A stretch of DNA of 64,000 bases from Minisyncoccota bacterium (lineage in GTDB: Bacteria; Patescibacteriota; Minisyncoccia; Minisyncoccales; Minisyncoccaceae), in NCBI GenBank assembly GCA_041657645.1, contig JBBABL010000001.1, forward strand, positions 1,407 to 65,406. Direction: 5' to 3'. Below, piece by piece: positions 45,992 to 55,368 of this stretch (position 1 is the first letter of the stretch; each line of letters begins with the position of its first letter). Both the position numbers and the translations under genes were made by a program. Below the pieces are notes generated by a model. It made no database searches. It was not told the DNA's origin and saw only the letters and a program-made list of their open reading frames with translations.

Positions 45992-46652
45992 AGTTCACCC
46001 TAAAATTTTTAGAATAAAAGGAATCCAAGATTGGTTATCACAGGGATTTTATGGAAGCAAACCTTTAAAAGATATAAAGGAAGATTTTATAATCAGAAAA
46101 TTTTTAACAAATAAATTAAAAGAATCAAGTGTTGAAAGAATTGAAATAGAAAAATATTCTAATAAGATTAACGTTGTTGTTTATTCTGCTAGACCAGGAA
46201 TTATTATTGGAAGAGGAGGAGAAGGAATTGAGAAGATAAGATTAGAGCTTTTAAAAGAAGTATTCAAAAAGAATAAGCTTACCTTAGTAGAGCTTAATGA
46301 TTTACAAAAGAAATTAAAGATGGAAGTTAGAGAGGTTTCAAATCCTTGGATATCATCTGTTTTAATTGGACAATGGATAGCTCAAAGAATTGAAAAGAGG
46401 TCACCATTCAGAAAGACAATAAAACAAGCTATTGAAAAAACAAGGGTAAATAAGGAAGTCCAAGGCGTTAAAATACAGGTTTCAGGAAGATTAGACGGTG
46501 CTCAAATTGCGAGAACAGAATGGTTAGAAAAAGGAAGGCTACCAAGACAAACAATAAGAGCAGATATTGACTACAGCTTGTCTGAGGCAAGATGTACTTA
46601 TGGAACAATAGGTATTAAGGTTTGGATATATAAAGGAGATAAATTTGAATAA
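45981..46652 (+). CDS. rpsC: 30S ribosomal protein S3
   Basis: It has the KH-domain GIIIGRGGEGIEK, and SGRLDGAQIARTEW. Confidence 0.95.
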   Translation: MSHKVHPKIFRIKGIQDWLSQGFYGSKPLKDIKEDFIIRKFLTNKLKESSVERIEIEKYSNKINVVVYSARPGIIIGRGGEGIEKIRLELLKEVFKKNKLTLVELNDLQKKLKMEVREVSNPWISSVLIGQWIAQRIEKRSPFRKTIKQAIEKTRVNKEVQGVKIQVSGRLDGAQIARTEWLEKGRLPRQTIRADIDYSLSEARCTYGTIGIKVWIYKGDKFE

Positions 46653-46654
46653 TT

Positions 46655-47068
46655 ATGTTAGCACCAAAGAAATTAAAACATAGAAAACATCAGAAAGGAA
46701 GAGGAACAAAAAGACTTTTTGAAAGCAGAGGAACAAATATTAATTTTGGTACTTTTGGACTAAAAGCAACTACAGAAAAATGGATTACAAGTAATCAAAT
46801 AGAAGCTTGCAGAAGAGTTATTATTAGATATTTAAGAAAAGGAGGTAAGCTTTGGATAAGAATTTTTCCTGCTAAGGTTATTACAAAGAAAGGACAAGAA
46901 GTTCCTATGGGAGGAGGAAAAGGTTCTCTAGATCACTATGTTTTCCCTGTAAAACCAGGTAGAATATTATTTGAAATAGAAGGAATTAGCGAAACTGATG
47001 CTAAAGATGCATTAAGAAAAGCAGGAGATAAGTTGCCATTAAAGACAAAATTTGTTAAGAAACAATAG
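46655..47068 (+). CDS. rplP: 50S ribosomal protein L16
   Basis: It has MLAPKKLKHRKHQKGR, PMGGGKGS. Confidence 0.95.
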   Translation: MLAPKKLKHRKHQKGRGTKRLFESRGTNINFGTFGLKATTEKWITSNQIEACRRVIIRYLRKGGKLWIRIFPAKVITKKGQEVPMGGGKGSLDHYVFPVKPGRILFEIEGISETDAKDALRKAGDKLPLKTKFVKKQ

Positions 47069-47072
47069 AAGT

Positions 47073-47255
47073 ATGAAAAATAAAGATTTATTGATAAAAA
47101 AGAAAGAAGATTTAATTAAACTGCTTGATGAAAAAAGAGAGAGTGTTAAGGACTTTAATTTTAAATCTGTTTCTGGAGGAATAAAGGATACAAAGAGATT
47201 AAGAGAAGACAAAAAAGATATTGCAAGAATATTGACAATATTAAGTAAAAAATAA
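47073..47255 (+). CDS. rpmC: 50S ribosomal protein L29
   Basis: The protein is 60 aa from the ATG at 47073 (the track start is a TTG inside rplP). It has the helical KDLLIKKKEDLIKLLDEKRE pattern and the expected operon position. Confidence 0.85.
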   Translation: MKNKDLLIKKKEDLIKLLDEKRESVKDFNFKSVSGGIKDTKRLREDKKDIARILTILSKK

Positions 47256-47256
47256 T

Positions 47257-47496
47257 ATGCCAAAAAAAGAATTAATCGGTTTAATAGTTTCAGACAAGAT
47301 GCAGAAGACTGCCGTGGTTGAGGTTGAAAGAATTAAAGAACATCCAAAGTATAAGAGAAGATATAAGATTCACAAGAAGTATAAGGCTCATGTTGAATCT
47401 GGAGAATATAAAACAGGAGACAAAGTTTTAATTAGAGAATGTAGCCCAATTTCTAAAGATAAAAAATGGGAAATTATTTCAAAAATAGATAAATAA
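47257..47496 (+). CDS. rpsQ: 30S ribosomal protein S17
   Basis: It has GLIVSDKMQKTAVVEVER, HPKYKR, and YKAH. Confidence 0.93.
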   Translation: MPKKELIGLIVSDKMQKTAVVEVERIKEHPKYKRRYKIHKKYKAHVESGEYKTGDKVLIRECSPISKDKKWEIISKIDK

Positions 47497-47506
47497 ATAA
47501 AAGAAA

Positions 47507-47878
47507 ATGATACAGACAGAAACAATGTTAAAAGTTGCTGATAACAGCGGAGGAAAGACAGTAAAATGTATCCGTGTTTTAGGTGGAACAAGAAAAAGAT
47601 ATGCTGCATTAGGAGATATTATTGTTGTTGCTGTTAAAGATGCTGAACCAAGAAAGAATGTTAAAAAGCATCAGGTATTAAAAGCGGTTGTTGTAAGAAA
47701 AAAGTCTTCTACAAGAAGAAAAAATGGTAGTTACATTAGATTTGATGATAATGCTGTTGTTATGTTAGAGGGAACTTCAAAGGAACCAAAGGGGACAAGA
47801 ATCATCGGACCAGTTGCTCGTGAAGTGAGAGAAAAAGGATTTGAAAAAATCTCAACAATGACAAAAAATTTAATTTAA
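47507..47878 (+). CDS. rplN: 50S ribosomal protein L14
   Basis: It begins [17 protein letters not shown] and has IRFDDNAVV. Confidence 0.97.
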   Translation: MIQTETMLKVADNSGGKTVKCIRVLGGTRKRYAALGDIIVVAVKDAEPRKNVKKHQVLKAVVVRKKSSTRRKNGSYIRFDDNAVVMLEGTSKEPKGTRIIGPVAREVREKGFEKISTMTKNLI

Positions 47879-47882
47879 GAAT

Positions 47883-48188
47883 ATGAAAATAAAAAAGAAC
47901 GATCAAGTTTTAATAATTGCAGGAAATGACAAAGGAAAGAAAGGAAAAGTTTTAAGGTCTTTGCCATCTAAGGAAAGAGTTGTTGTTGAGGGAATTGCAT
48001 TAATTAAAAAACACATTAAACCTAAAAAATCTGGACAAAAAGGACAAATAGCTAGCGTTCCTAGAGCAATTAGTGTTACTAATGTTAAGATTGTTTGTTC
48101 TAAATGTGGAAAGGCGACTAGAGTTGGATATGAAATTATAGATAAGAAGAAGTACCGTGTTTGTAAGAAATGCGGAGCAAAAATTTAA
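47883..48188 (+). CDS. rplX: 50S ribosomal protein L24 with a C-terminal CxxC...CxxC pair
   Basis: It has the KOW motif (KKNDQVLIIAGNDKGKKGKV), then CSKCGKATRVGYEI...RVCKKCGAKI. Confidence 0.93.
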   Translation: MKIKKNDQVLIIAGNDKGKKGKVLRSLPSKERVVVEGIALIKKHIKPKKSGQKGQIASVPRAISVTNVKIVCSKCGKATRVGYEIIDKKKYRVCKKCGAKI

Positions 48189-48198
48189 TTAAAGCAAT

Positions 48199-48765
48199 AT
48201 GGCAATAATGAGCACAAAAGAAAAATACAAAACAAAGGTAGTTCCAGGAATGAAAGAAAAATTTCAGTACAAGAATGTAATGTCTGTTCCTCGAATTCAA
48301 AAAGTAGTTGTTAATACTGGTTTTGGAAGAATTATTTCTAGTAAAACTAAAGATGAGACTAAAAAGTTTTCTGAATACGTTATTAATAACATCGGAGCTG
48401 TTTGTGGACAAAAGCCAGTTTTGACAGTTGCTAGAAAATCAATTTCAACTTTTAAATTAAGAGAAGGAAGTGTTATCGGTTCAAAAGTAACATTGAGAGG
48501 AAAGAAAATGTATGATTTCATTGATAAGTTAGTAAATATCGTTCTTCCTCGTTCAAGAGATTTCTTAGGTATTAAATTAAGTGCTGTTGATGCTAACGGT
48601 AACTTTAATCTAGGGATAAAAGAACATATTGTTTTTCCTGAAATTTCTCCAGAGAAATCACCAATTATTCTTGGATTAGAAATAACGATAGCTACAGATG
48701 CGAAAAACAGAGATGAAGGATTAGAATTATTTAAATTACTTGACTTTCCTTTCAAGAAAAGTTAA
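48199..48765 (+). CDS. rplE: 50S ribosomal protein L5
   Basis: It has NVMSVPRIQKVVVN, FPEI, GLEITI. Confidence 0.95.
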   Translation: MAIMSTKEKYKTKVVPGMKEKFQYKNVMSVPRIQKVVVNTGFGRIISSKTKDETKKFSEYVINNIGAVCGQKPVLTVARKSISTFKLREGSVIGSKVTLRGKKMYDFIDKLVNIVLPRSRDFLGIKLSAVDANGNFNLGIKEHIVFPEISPEKSPIILGLEITIATDAKNRDEGLELFKLLDFPFKKS

Positions 48766-48780
48766 AGTCAATAGGTATTT

Positions 48781-48966
48781 ATGGCAAAGACATCAAAAAT
48801 AGCAAAATCAAATAAGAAACCAAAGTTTTCAACAAGAATAGAAAACAGATGTTTTAAGTGTGGAAGAAACAGAGGGTACATAAGAAAATTTGGATTATGT
48901 AGAATTTGTTTTAGAGAAATGGCTAATCGTGGCGAATTGCCAGGAGTTAAGAAAAGTAGTTGGTAA
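48781..48966 (+). CDS. rpsZ: 30S ribosomal protein S14, zinc-binding type Z
   Basis: The protein is 61 aa with [23 protein letters not shown]. Confidence 0.95.
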   Translation: MAKTSKIAKSNKKPKFSTRIENRCFKCGRNRGYIRKFGLCRICFREMANRGELPGVKKSSW

Positions 48967-48981
48967 TATAATACAAAAAAA

Positions 48982-49374
48982 ATGGATCCAATAGCAAACA
49001 TGATCAGTTCAATAAATAATGCACAAGCTGTAGGAAAAAAACAGATAGCTTTTTATCCTTACTCTAATTTTAAGTATTCAATCTTAGAGCTTTTGCAAAG
49101 AGAAGGTTTTATAGAAAACCTAGAAAAAAAAGGCAGACTTTCAAAAAGAAAGATTGTTGCAGATTTGAAATATGACGAAGAAGGAAATCCTAGAGTAACA
49201 AAAATTAAGATGGTCTCTAAACAGGGACAAAGGATTTATTCAACATACAAGGAAATGAAATCAGTTAAGTCAGGTTACGGTTTCTCAATAGTCACTACTT
49301 CAAAAGGATTAATGACTAATAAGGAAGCAAGAAAAGTAAAAGAAGGGGGAGAAATAATTTGTGAAATTTGGTAA
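48982..49374 (+). CDS. rpsH: 30S ribosomal protein S8
   Basis: It has DPIANMISSINNA, and TTSKGLMTNKEARK. Confidence 0.95.
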   Translation: MDPIANMISSINNAQAVGKKQIAFYPYSNFKYSILELLQREGFIENLEKKGRLSKRKIVADLKYDEEGNPRVTKIKMVSKQGQRIYSTYKEMKSVKSGYGFSIVTTSKGLMTNKEARKVKEGGEIICEIW

Positions 49375-49378
49375 AAAT

Positions 49379-49915
49379 ATGTCAAGAATAGGAAAACAAG
49401 AAATTTTAATACCAGCAGGAGTAGAGGTCTTAATTAATGGTTTGAAGATTGAAGTTAAGGGTCCAAAAGGAACTCTTAAAATGAAAGCTCTTCCAGAGAT
49501 TCTAATTGAGATTAAAGATAATGCTATCTATTTTTCTCCTAAAAAAGAAGATTTAAAATCTAAAGCATATTGGGGACTAACAAGAACACTTGTTAGTAAT
49601 ATGGTGGATGGTGTTTCTAAGGGATTTGAAAAGAAGTTAGAAATTAATGGAGTTGGTTTTAAAGTAAGGGTTGAAGGAAAAAAACTAATATTAGACGTTG
49701 GTTTTAGTCACTCGGTTGAAATAGAAGCTCCAGAAGGTATAGAATTTACTGCGGAGAAAAATGTGATTACTGTTTCAGGAATAGATAAAGAGCTTGTTGG
49801 ACAAATTTCTGCAAAAATAAGAAGAGTCAGACCACCAGAACCATACAAAGGAAAAGGTATTAAATATTTTGATGAGATTATTAAAAGAAAAGTAGGTAAG
49901 AAAACTGCTGCATAA
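49379..49915 (+). CDS. rplF: 50S ribosomal protein L6
   Basis: It begins MSRIGKQEI, and has [12 protein letters not shown] prefer the ATG at 49379 because the track start is a GTG inside rpsH. Confidence 0.95.
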   Translation: MSRIGKQEILIPAGVEVLINGLKIEVKGPKGTLKMKALPEILIEIKDNAIYFSPKKEDLKSKAYWGLTRTLVSNMVDGVSKGFEKKLEINGVGFKVRVEGKKLILDVGFSHSVEIEAPEGIEFTAEKNVITVSGIDKELVGQISAKIRRVRPPEPYKGKGIKYFDEIIKRKVGKKTAA

Positions 49916-49919
49916 CAAT

Positions 49920-50252
49920 ATGTTAGAAAAAAAAGAAAAAAGAATAAAAAGGCATAAAAAAGTTACTGCTAGAATAGGAGTTGAAAAACCAAGACTTTGC
50001 GTTTTTCGAAGTAACCAATATATTTATGCTCAGATAATAGATTCAGGAAAAACTGTTCTATCTCTTAACGATTCAAAATCTAAAGATAAGGTTAGCAAAG
50101 TAGAATCATCTAAGAATATCGGTAAATTAATTGCAGAGAAAGCCATAGAGCAAAAAATTACTGAAGTTGTTTTTGATCGAGGAGGATATAAATATCATGG
50201 AAGAGTTAAAGCCTTAGCCGAAGGCGCAAGAGAAGCAGGATTAAAGTTCTAA
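49920..50252 (+). CDS. rplR: 50S ribosomal protein L18
   Basis: It has [43 protein letters not shown]. Confidence 0.95.
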   Translation: MLEKKEKRIKRHKKVTARIGVEKPRLCVFRSNQYIYAQIIDSGKTVLSLNDSKSKDKVSKVESSKNIGKLIAEKAIEQKITEVVFDRGGYKYHGRVKALAEGAREAGLKF

Positions 50253-50256
50253 TATT

Positions 50257-50736
50257 ATGAATAATACAAAGTTTGAAAGAAGAAGACCAAAAGAAGTAGT
50301 AAAAGACGAATTTGATTCAAAGCTTTTAGATTTGGCAAGGGTTACAAAAGTAACAGGAGGAGGAAAGACAATGAGATTTAGAGCTGTTATGATTGTAGGA
50401 AATAAAACTGGTAAAGTTGGCGTAGGTGTTTCTAAAGGACTTGATGTTTCTCAAGCAATTGAAAAAGCAACCAAGGTTGCTAAAAAGAACTTAAAGGATA
50501 TTCCTATTGCAAACGGAACGATTCCTTTTGAAGTAGAAGCTAAACTAGGACCATCAAACGTAATTTTAAAACCACAAAAAAAAGGAAAAGGGCTTGTTGC
50601 TGGAGGAACAATAAGAGTAATATGCTCTTTAGCAGGAATTGAAGATATTTCTTCAAAATCAATTAGTAGAACAAAGAATAAGTTAAATAATGCAAGAGCA
50701 ACAATGAAAGCCTTGTCTAAATTGAATAAGAAATAA
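50257..50736 (+). CDS. rpsE: 30S ribosomal protein S5
   Basis: It has VTKVTGGGKTMRFRAVMIVGN, and GLVAGGTIR. Confidence 0.95.
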   Translation: MNNTKFERRRPKEVVKDEFDSKLLDLARVTKVTGGGKTMRFRAVMIVGNKTGKVGVGVSKGLDVSQAIEKATKVAKKNLKDIPIANGTIPFEVEAKLGPSNVILKPQKKGKGLVAGGTIRVICSLAGIEDISSKSISRTKNKLNNARATMKALSKLNKK

Positions 50737-50737
50737 A

Positions 50738-51172
50738 ATGCAATTACACGAGATAAAAAAGAATAGCACTTTCAAGGATAAAAAAAGAGTTGGAAGAGGA
50801 GGAAAGAAAGGAACTTATTGTGGCACAGGTGGAAAAGGTCAAAAGGGAAGAGCAGGTGCAAATTTCCAACCAATTATTAGAACTTGGATTAAAAAGTATC
50901 CTAAGCTTAGAGGTTATAATTTTAATGTACTTAACAAATATGCTATTGTTGATGTTAGTACACTAGAAAAGAAATTTGACGATAATGCTGTTATTAATCC
51001 TAAAGTTTTAACTGATGATAAGATAGTAAGAAAAATAGACGGAAAAATTCCATTAATTAAAGTATTAGGAAAGGGAGACATTAAAAAATCTTTAACTATT
51101 GAAAACTGTTTAGTTTCAAAAACTGCAAAGCAAAAAATTGAAAAAGCAGGGGGAACAGTTAAAGAAAAATAA
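50738..51172 (+). CDS. rplO: 50S ribosomal protein L15 (follows S5 directly, with no L30 gene)
   Basis: It has RVGRGGKKGTYCGTGGKGQKGR. It starts 2 nt after the S5 stop. Confidence 0.93.
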   Translation: MQLHEIKKNSTFKDKKRVGRGGKKGTYCGTGGKGQKGRAGANFQPIIRTWIKKYPKLRGYNFNVLNKYAIVDVSTLEKKFDDNAVINPKVLTDDKIVRKIDGKIPLIKVLGKGDIKKSLTIENCLVSKTAKQKIEKAGGTVKEK

Positions 51173-51174
51173 TC

Positions 51175-52419
51175 ATGTTTAAAAAAATCATTGAAATTTT
51201 CAAAGCAAAAGAATTAAGATATAAAATACTTTTTGTCTTATTTGTTTTTGCTATTTTCAGATTAATGGCAAATATCGCTATTCCAGGAATAGATGTTGAA
51301 AAAATACAAAATTATTTTTCTGGCAATCAATTCTTTGGCTTGATGAACTTATTTACAGGAGGAGCATTAGACAATGTTTCTATTGTGATGCTTGGGCTTG
51401 GACCATACATTACAGCAGTTATTATATTCCAACTATTAACAATGGTTTTTCCTCAGATGGAAAAATTATATAAAGAAGAAGGAGAAGCAGGAAGACAAAA
51501 ATTTAATCAATACTGTAGAATAGCAGCAGTTCCTTTTGCTCTTATTCAAGGATATAGTATGATTTTCTTTTTAAAGTCTCAAGGAGCTATTACCACCCTA
51601 GATCCAATTACAATGGTAACAGCAGTTTTATCTATCGTAGCTGGTTCTACTATTTTAATGTGGCTAGGAGAATTGATTTCTGAAAAAGGAATTGGAAATG
51701 GTGTTTCACTTTTAATTTTTGCTGGTATCGTTGCAGATTTTCCAAACAACATTCAAAAAATGTTTATAACATTTGATCAAACTCAAATATTTTCATATTT
51801 ATTATTTATAGCACTTTCTGTATTGGTAATTGTTGGAGTTGTTTTGATTAACGAAGGTAGAAGAAATATTCCTGTTTCTTATGCTAAAAGAGTAAGAGGA
51901 AATAAGATGTATGGAGGAGCTTCAACATATTTACCTTTGAATATTAATCCAGCGGGAGTTATTCCAATTATATTCGCTATTTCATTCTTAATGCTTCCTT
52001 CAATGCTTGCTTCGTTCTTAGGATGGGAATCAGTAGCAAACTTTTTGAACAATCCTTGGATATATGGAGCAATATACTTTATTCTCGTGTTTATGTTTAC
52101 ATTTTTCTATACAGCTGTTACTTTTGACCCTAAGAGCATATCAACTAACCTGCAAAAGATGGGTGGATTTGTTCCAGGAATTAGACCAGGAGAAAATACA
52201 GCACAATTCTTACAAAATATATTAAATAAGGTTTTAGTTATCGGTGCAACCTCATTAGGATTAATTGCAGTGATGCCTTCAATTATTCAAGGAATTACAG
52301 GAATTCAAGAATTTAGTTTTATGATTGGTGGAACTGCATTAATAATTATTGTTTCTGTTGCTCTGGAAACAATGAGACAAATTAATGCACAGCTAGAAAT
52401 GAGAGAGTACGATGCATAA
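51175..52419 (+). CDS. secY: Preprotein translocase subunit SecY
   Basis: It has 10 TM segments and the motifs GIDV, LGLGPYITAVIIFQLL, GELISEKGIGNGVSLLIFAGI. Confidence 0.97.
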   Translation: MFKKIIEIFKAKELRYKILFVLFVFAIFRLMANIAIPGIDVEKIQNYFSGNQFFGLMNLFTGGALDNVSIVMLGLGPYITAVIIFQLLTMVFPQMEKLYKEEGEAGRQKFNQYCRIAAVPFALIQGYSMIFFLKSQGAITTLDPITMVTAVLSIVAGSTILMWLGELISEKGIGNGVSLLIFAGIVADFPNNIQKMFITFDQTQIFSYLLFIALSVLVIVGVVLINEGRRNIPVSYAKRVRGNKMYGGASTYLPLNINPAGVIPIIFAISFLMLPSMLASFLGWESVANFLNNPWIYGAIYFILVFMFTFFYTAVTFDPKSISTNLQKMGGFVPGIRPGENTAQFLQNILNKVLVIGATSLGLIAVMPSIIQGITGIQEFSFMIGGTALIIIVSVALETMRQINAQLEMREYDA

Positions 52420-52439
52420 TTTTTAATATCGATTAAAAG

Positions 52440-52465
52440 TAGAAGATTCTTTCTTCTATTTTTTT
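52440..52465 (+). terminator. Intrinsic terminator after secY
   Basis: The stem TAGAAGA/TCTTCTA closes a TTCTT loop and is followed by TTTTTTT. Confidence 0.6.
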
Positions 52466-52500
52466 GTTTTTTGTAATATAATTAACTTAATAAAAAAAAG

Positions 52501-53181
52501 ATGAACAAAAATCCATTAGTTTTAATTTTGCTTGGTAAATCAGGCGCAGGAAAAGGCACTCAATTGAACTTATTAAAAGATAGGCTTAATTTGGAGTTTA
52601 TTGGAACGGGAGAGCTTTTAAGGCAAAGAAAAAAGACAGATGATTTTACAGGTAAAAAAATTTCTACTGTAATTGATAATGGTGGTATTATTGCTACACC
52701 AATACCATTTAAATTATGGATGGATTCATTTGAAGAAATTAAGAATAATGGAGATATTGATAATGGTATTATAATTGATGGTTCTCCAAGAAAGATAAAA
52801 GAAGCATGGTTATTAGACGATGCTTTAGGCTGGTTTGAATGGGACAAAAAAGTAAAAATAATTCTTATTGATATTTCTGACGAGGAGGCAATTTCTAGAA
52901 TTACAAGAAGAAAAACCTGTCCTCAATGTGGTAAAATAATGATGTTCTCAAAAGATATGGAGGATATACAAATTTGTCCTGAATGTGGAAGCGAGCTTGT
53001 TAAGAGACCAGATGATACTATCGAAGGAACTAAAAAAAGACTACAATGGTTTGAAGACGAAGTAGGGCAAGTTATTAAATATTACGAAGACGATAATAGA
53101 CTTATAAGAGTAAATGGAGAACAATCAGTCGAAGATGTTTATAACGACATAATAAAGGTGATTGAAAATGATAACAATTAA
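52501..53181 (+). CDS. adk: Adenylate kinase (zinc-lid type)
   Basis: It has the LLGKSGAGKGTQ P-loop, IIDGSPRK, and the lid CPQCG...CPECG. Confidence 0.9.
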   Translation: MNKNPLVLILLGKSGAGKGTQLNLLKDRLNLEFIGTGELLRQRKKTDDFTGKKISTVIDNGGIIATPIPFKLWMDSFEEIKNNGDIDNGIIIDGSPRKIKEAWLLDDALGWFEWDKKVKIILIDISDEEAISRITRRKTCPQCGKIMMFSKDMEDIQICPECGSELVKRPDDTIEGTKKRLQWFEDEVGQVIKYYEDDNRLIRVNGEQSVEDVYNDIIKVIENDNN

Positions 53182-53962
53182 AACAAAAGAAGAGGTTGAA
53201 TTAATGGCCAAGGGAGGAAAAATCTTAAATTCATTAATCAATAAATTAGGAGAAAGCGTTGCTATTGGTGTAAGCGGTAAAGATATAGAAAAAATAGCAG
53301 ATAAGTTAATTGAAGAAACAGGAGGAAGAGCTAACTTTAAAGGTCAAGACGGGTTTCCGTCTTGTCTTTGTTTTTCAATTAATGAAGAAATTGTTCACGG
53401 CACACCTGGCGAAAGAGTTTTAAAAAACGGAGATATAGTGACTCTTGATATTGGAATATTTTTCCCTCTTAATGTTTTTTTAAAAGGAGATATAGATTAT
53501 AAAAAATATCCTAATTTAAAAAATGGTTTTCATACAGATATGGCTAGAACTTATATTGCAGGAGAGGCTGACTTTGAGATACAAAGACTTGTTAAGGCTA
53601 ATAAAAAGGCTCTTAAGAGAGGAATTAGCCAAGTTAAGGCCGGAAATAGGTTTGGGCAAATAGGGGAGGAGATGGAGAAGTTTTCAACAAGAGAGGGATA
53701 TAATGTTATTAAAGATTTATGTGGGCATGGAATAGGTTCTAATCTTCACGAAGATCCAGATGTCCTAAACTACGGAGATAAAAAATATGGAGAAATTATG
53801 AAAGAGGGGATGGTTTTTTGCATTGAACCAATGCTTTCAATGGGAAACGATGAAATTCAAAAAAGGGGAACAGCTTACATTACCGAAGATAAATCACTTA
53901 ATGCCCATTTTGAAGATATGGTAGCAGTAACAAAAAAAGGAGCTATAATTTTGACAGCCTAA
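53168..53962 (+). CDS. map: Methionine aminopeptidase, type I
   Basis: It has EIVHGTPG, DIG..., CGHGIG, and FCIEPM metal-ligand regions. I prefer the ATG at 53168 because the track start is a TTG. Confidence 0.9.
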   Translation: MITIKTKEEVELMAKGGKILNSLINKLGESVAIGVSGKDIEKIADKLIEETGGRANFKGQDGFPSCLCFSINEEIVHGTPGERVLKNGDIVTLDIGIFFPLNVFLKGDIDYKKYPNLKNGFHTDMARTYIAGEADFEIQRLVKANKKALKRGISQVKAGNRFGQIGEEMEKFSTREGYNVIKDLCGHGIGSNLHEDPDVLNYGDKKYGEIMKEGMVFCIEPMLSMGNDEIQKRGTAYITEDKSLNAHFEDMVAVTKKGAIILTA

Positions 53963-53994
53963 AAAAAATAAGGTAAGATATTGGTGGTAAAAAA

Positions 53995-54225
53995 ATGAGT
54001 GACAAAAAAGTAGTTGATCAGGTTAAAAAAATTGTTCTTTACGGTATCGAATTAAATGCGAAGAGAACAGAGTTTCTAAACATGCCGGAATATAAAAAGC
54101 ACGAAATTGATAGGCAAGATTCTGCTCAAAAAGCAGATGATATGCTAAACAGCTTTTTTGAGAAAGACAGTGGCAGGAATTTAATTCCTTCAGATCAAAG
54201 TATGGACAAGCGATTACAAAAGTAA
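53995..54225 (+). CDS. Hypothetical protein (occupies the position where infA would normally follow map)
   Basis: The protein is 76 aa, has no S1/OB IF-1 signature, and is followed by a strong terminator. Confidence 0.45.
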   Translation: MSDKKVVDQVKKIVLYGIELNAKRTEFLNMPEYKKHEIDRQDSAQKADDMLNSFFEKDSGRNLIPSDQSMDKRLQK

Positions 54226-54237
54226 TCGCATTTTTTT
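54210..54237 (+). terminator. Intrinsic terminator ending the ribosomal super-operon region
   Basis: The stem GCGATTA/TAATCGC has a 6-nt loop and is followed by A then TTTTTTT. It overlaps the stop codon. Confidence 0.65.
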
Positions 54238-54265
54238 ATTTAAAGAAATATGATAGAATAACAAT

Positions 54266-54721
54266 ATGTTTTATGAACTACAAACATTCTTAATAGCAAT
54301 GACTCCTATTTTTGAATTAAGGGGTTCTATTCCAATTGCTATATTTCAGTACAATCTATCAGTCCCTTCTGCATTTATCTTTTCTGTCCTAGGAAATATA
54401 TTTTCTTCAATAATTATACTTCTTTTCTTAGAGAAGGTCTCAACTTTTCTCTCTCAAAAAAGTAAGTTTTTCAATAATTTTTTTGAATGGCTCTTTTCAA
54501 GAACAAGGAAAAAATATCAAGGTAATTACGATAAATTAAAAGAGCTATTCTTGGTTGCTTTTGTTGCAATTCCATTGCCAGTAACGGGAGCTTGGACAGG
54601 TTCATTGTGTGCTTTTCTCTTTGGTATACCTTTTAAAAAGTCTTTACCTTTGATATCATTAGGAATAGTAATAGCAGGTATAATAGTCACGATAATTAGT
54701 CTAGGAATAAAAATAATATGA
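54266..54721 (+). CDS. Small multidrug-export-like membrane protein (COG2426 type)
   Basis: The protein is 151 aa with four helices. It has the MTPIFELRGSIPIA N-terminal motif, and PLPVTGAWTGS. Confidence 0.6.
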   Translation: MFYELQTFLIAMTPIFELRGSIPIAIFQYNLSVPSAFIFSVLGNIFSSIIILLFLEKVSTFLSQKSKFFNNFFEWLFSRTRKKYQGNYDKLKELFLVAFVAIPLPVTGAWTGSLCAFLFGIPFKKSLPLISLGIVIAGIIVTIISLGIKII

Positions 54722-55368
54722 ATAAATTAATTATAGCTAACTGGAAGTGTAACCCAGTAACATTAAAAGAAGCAAAAGAATTACTTGAGAAAATCAAAGA
54801 CAATGCCTTAGGAAAAAATGTTGTTATTTGTCCTCCTTCAATATTTCTTTCATCTTTAATTTGCGAAGGAGTAAAGTTTGGAGCTCAGAATTGTTTTTGG
54901 AAAGAGAAAGGTGCTTTTACGGGAGAAACATCTCCTCAGATGATTAAAAGTATTGGGGCAGATTATGTTATTATTGGACACTCAGAAAGAAGGAATATAT
55001 TAAAAGAAACTAATGAAGAAATTGTTCAAAAGGTAATTGAAGCTATCAAAGCAAATTTAATTCCGATTGTTTGTGTTGGAGAATCTAAAGGAGAAGATGC
55101 TTTTAAAGTATTGGGAGAACAAATTAAAGGAATAGATGAAGATATTATTTTAGCCTATGAACCGCTATGGGCAATTGGAACAGGGGAGTATGCGTCAATT
55201 GAAAAGGTAAAAGAGGTTAAGGAATTCCTTAAAGAAAGAAAAGTCTTATACGGTGGCAGTGTTAATGCAGAAAATATTCAACAGTACTTAACGGTCACGG
55301 ACGGAGTTTTAATTGGTGGAGCCTCTCTTGATTTTGAAGAATTTAATAAAATATTGTGCGACATTTAA
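54718..55368 (+). CDS. tpiA: Triosephosphate isomerase (short, 216 aa)
   Basis: It has ANWKCN, IIGHSERR, YEPLWAIGTG, GGASL. Confidence 0.9.
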   Translation: MNKLIIANWKCNPVTLKEAKELLEKIKDNALGKNVVICPPSIFLSSLICEGVKFGAQNCFWKEKGAFTGETSPQMIKSIGADYVIIGHSERRNILKETNEEIVQKVIEAIKANLIPIVCVGESKGEDAFKVLGEQIKGIDEDIILAYEPLWAIGTGEYASIEKVKEVKEFLKERKVLYGGSVNAENIQQYLTVTDGVLIGGASLDFEEFNKILCDI

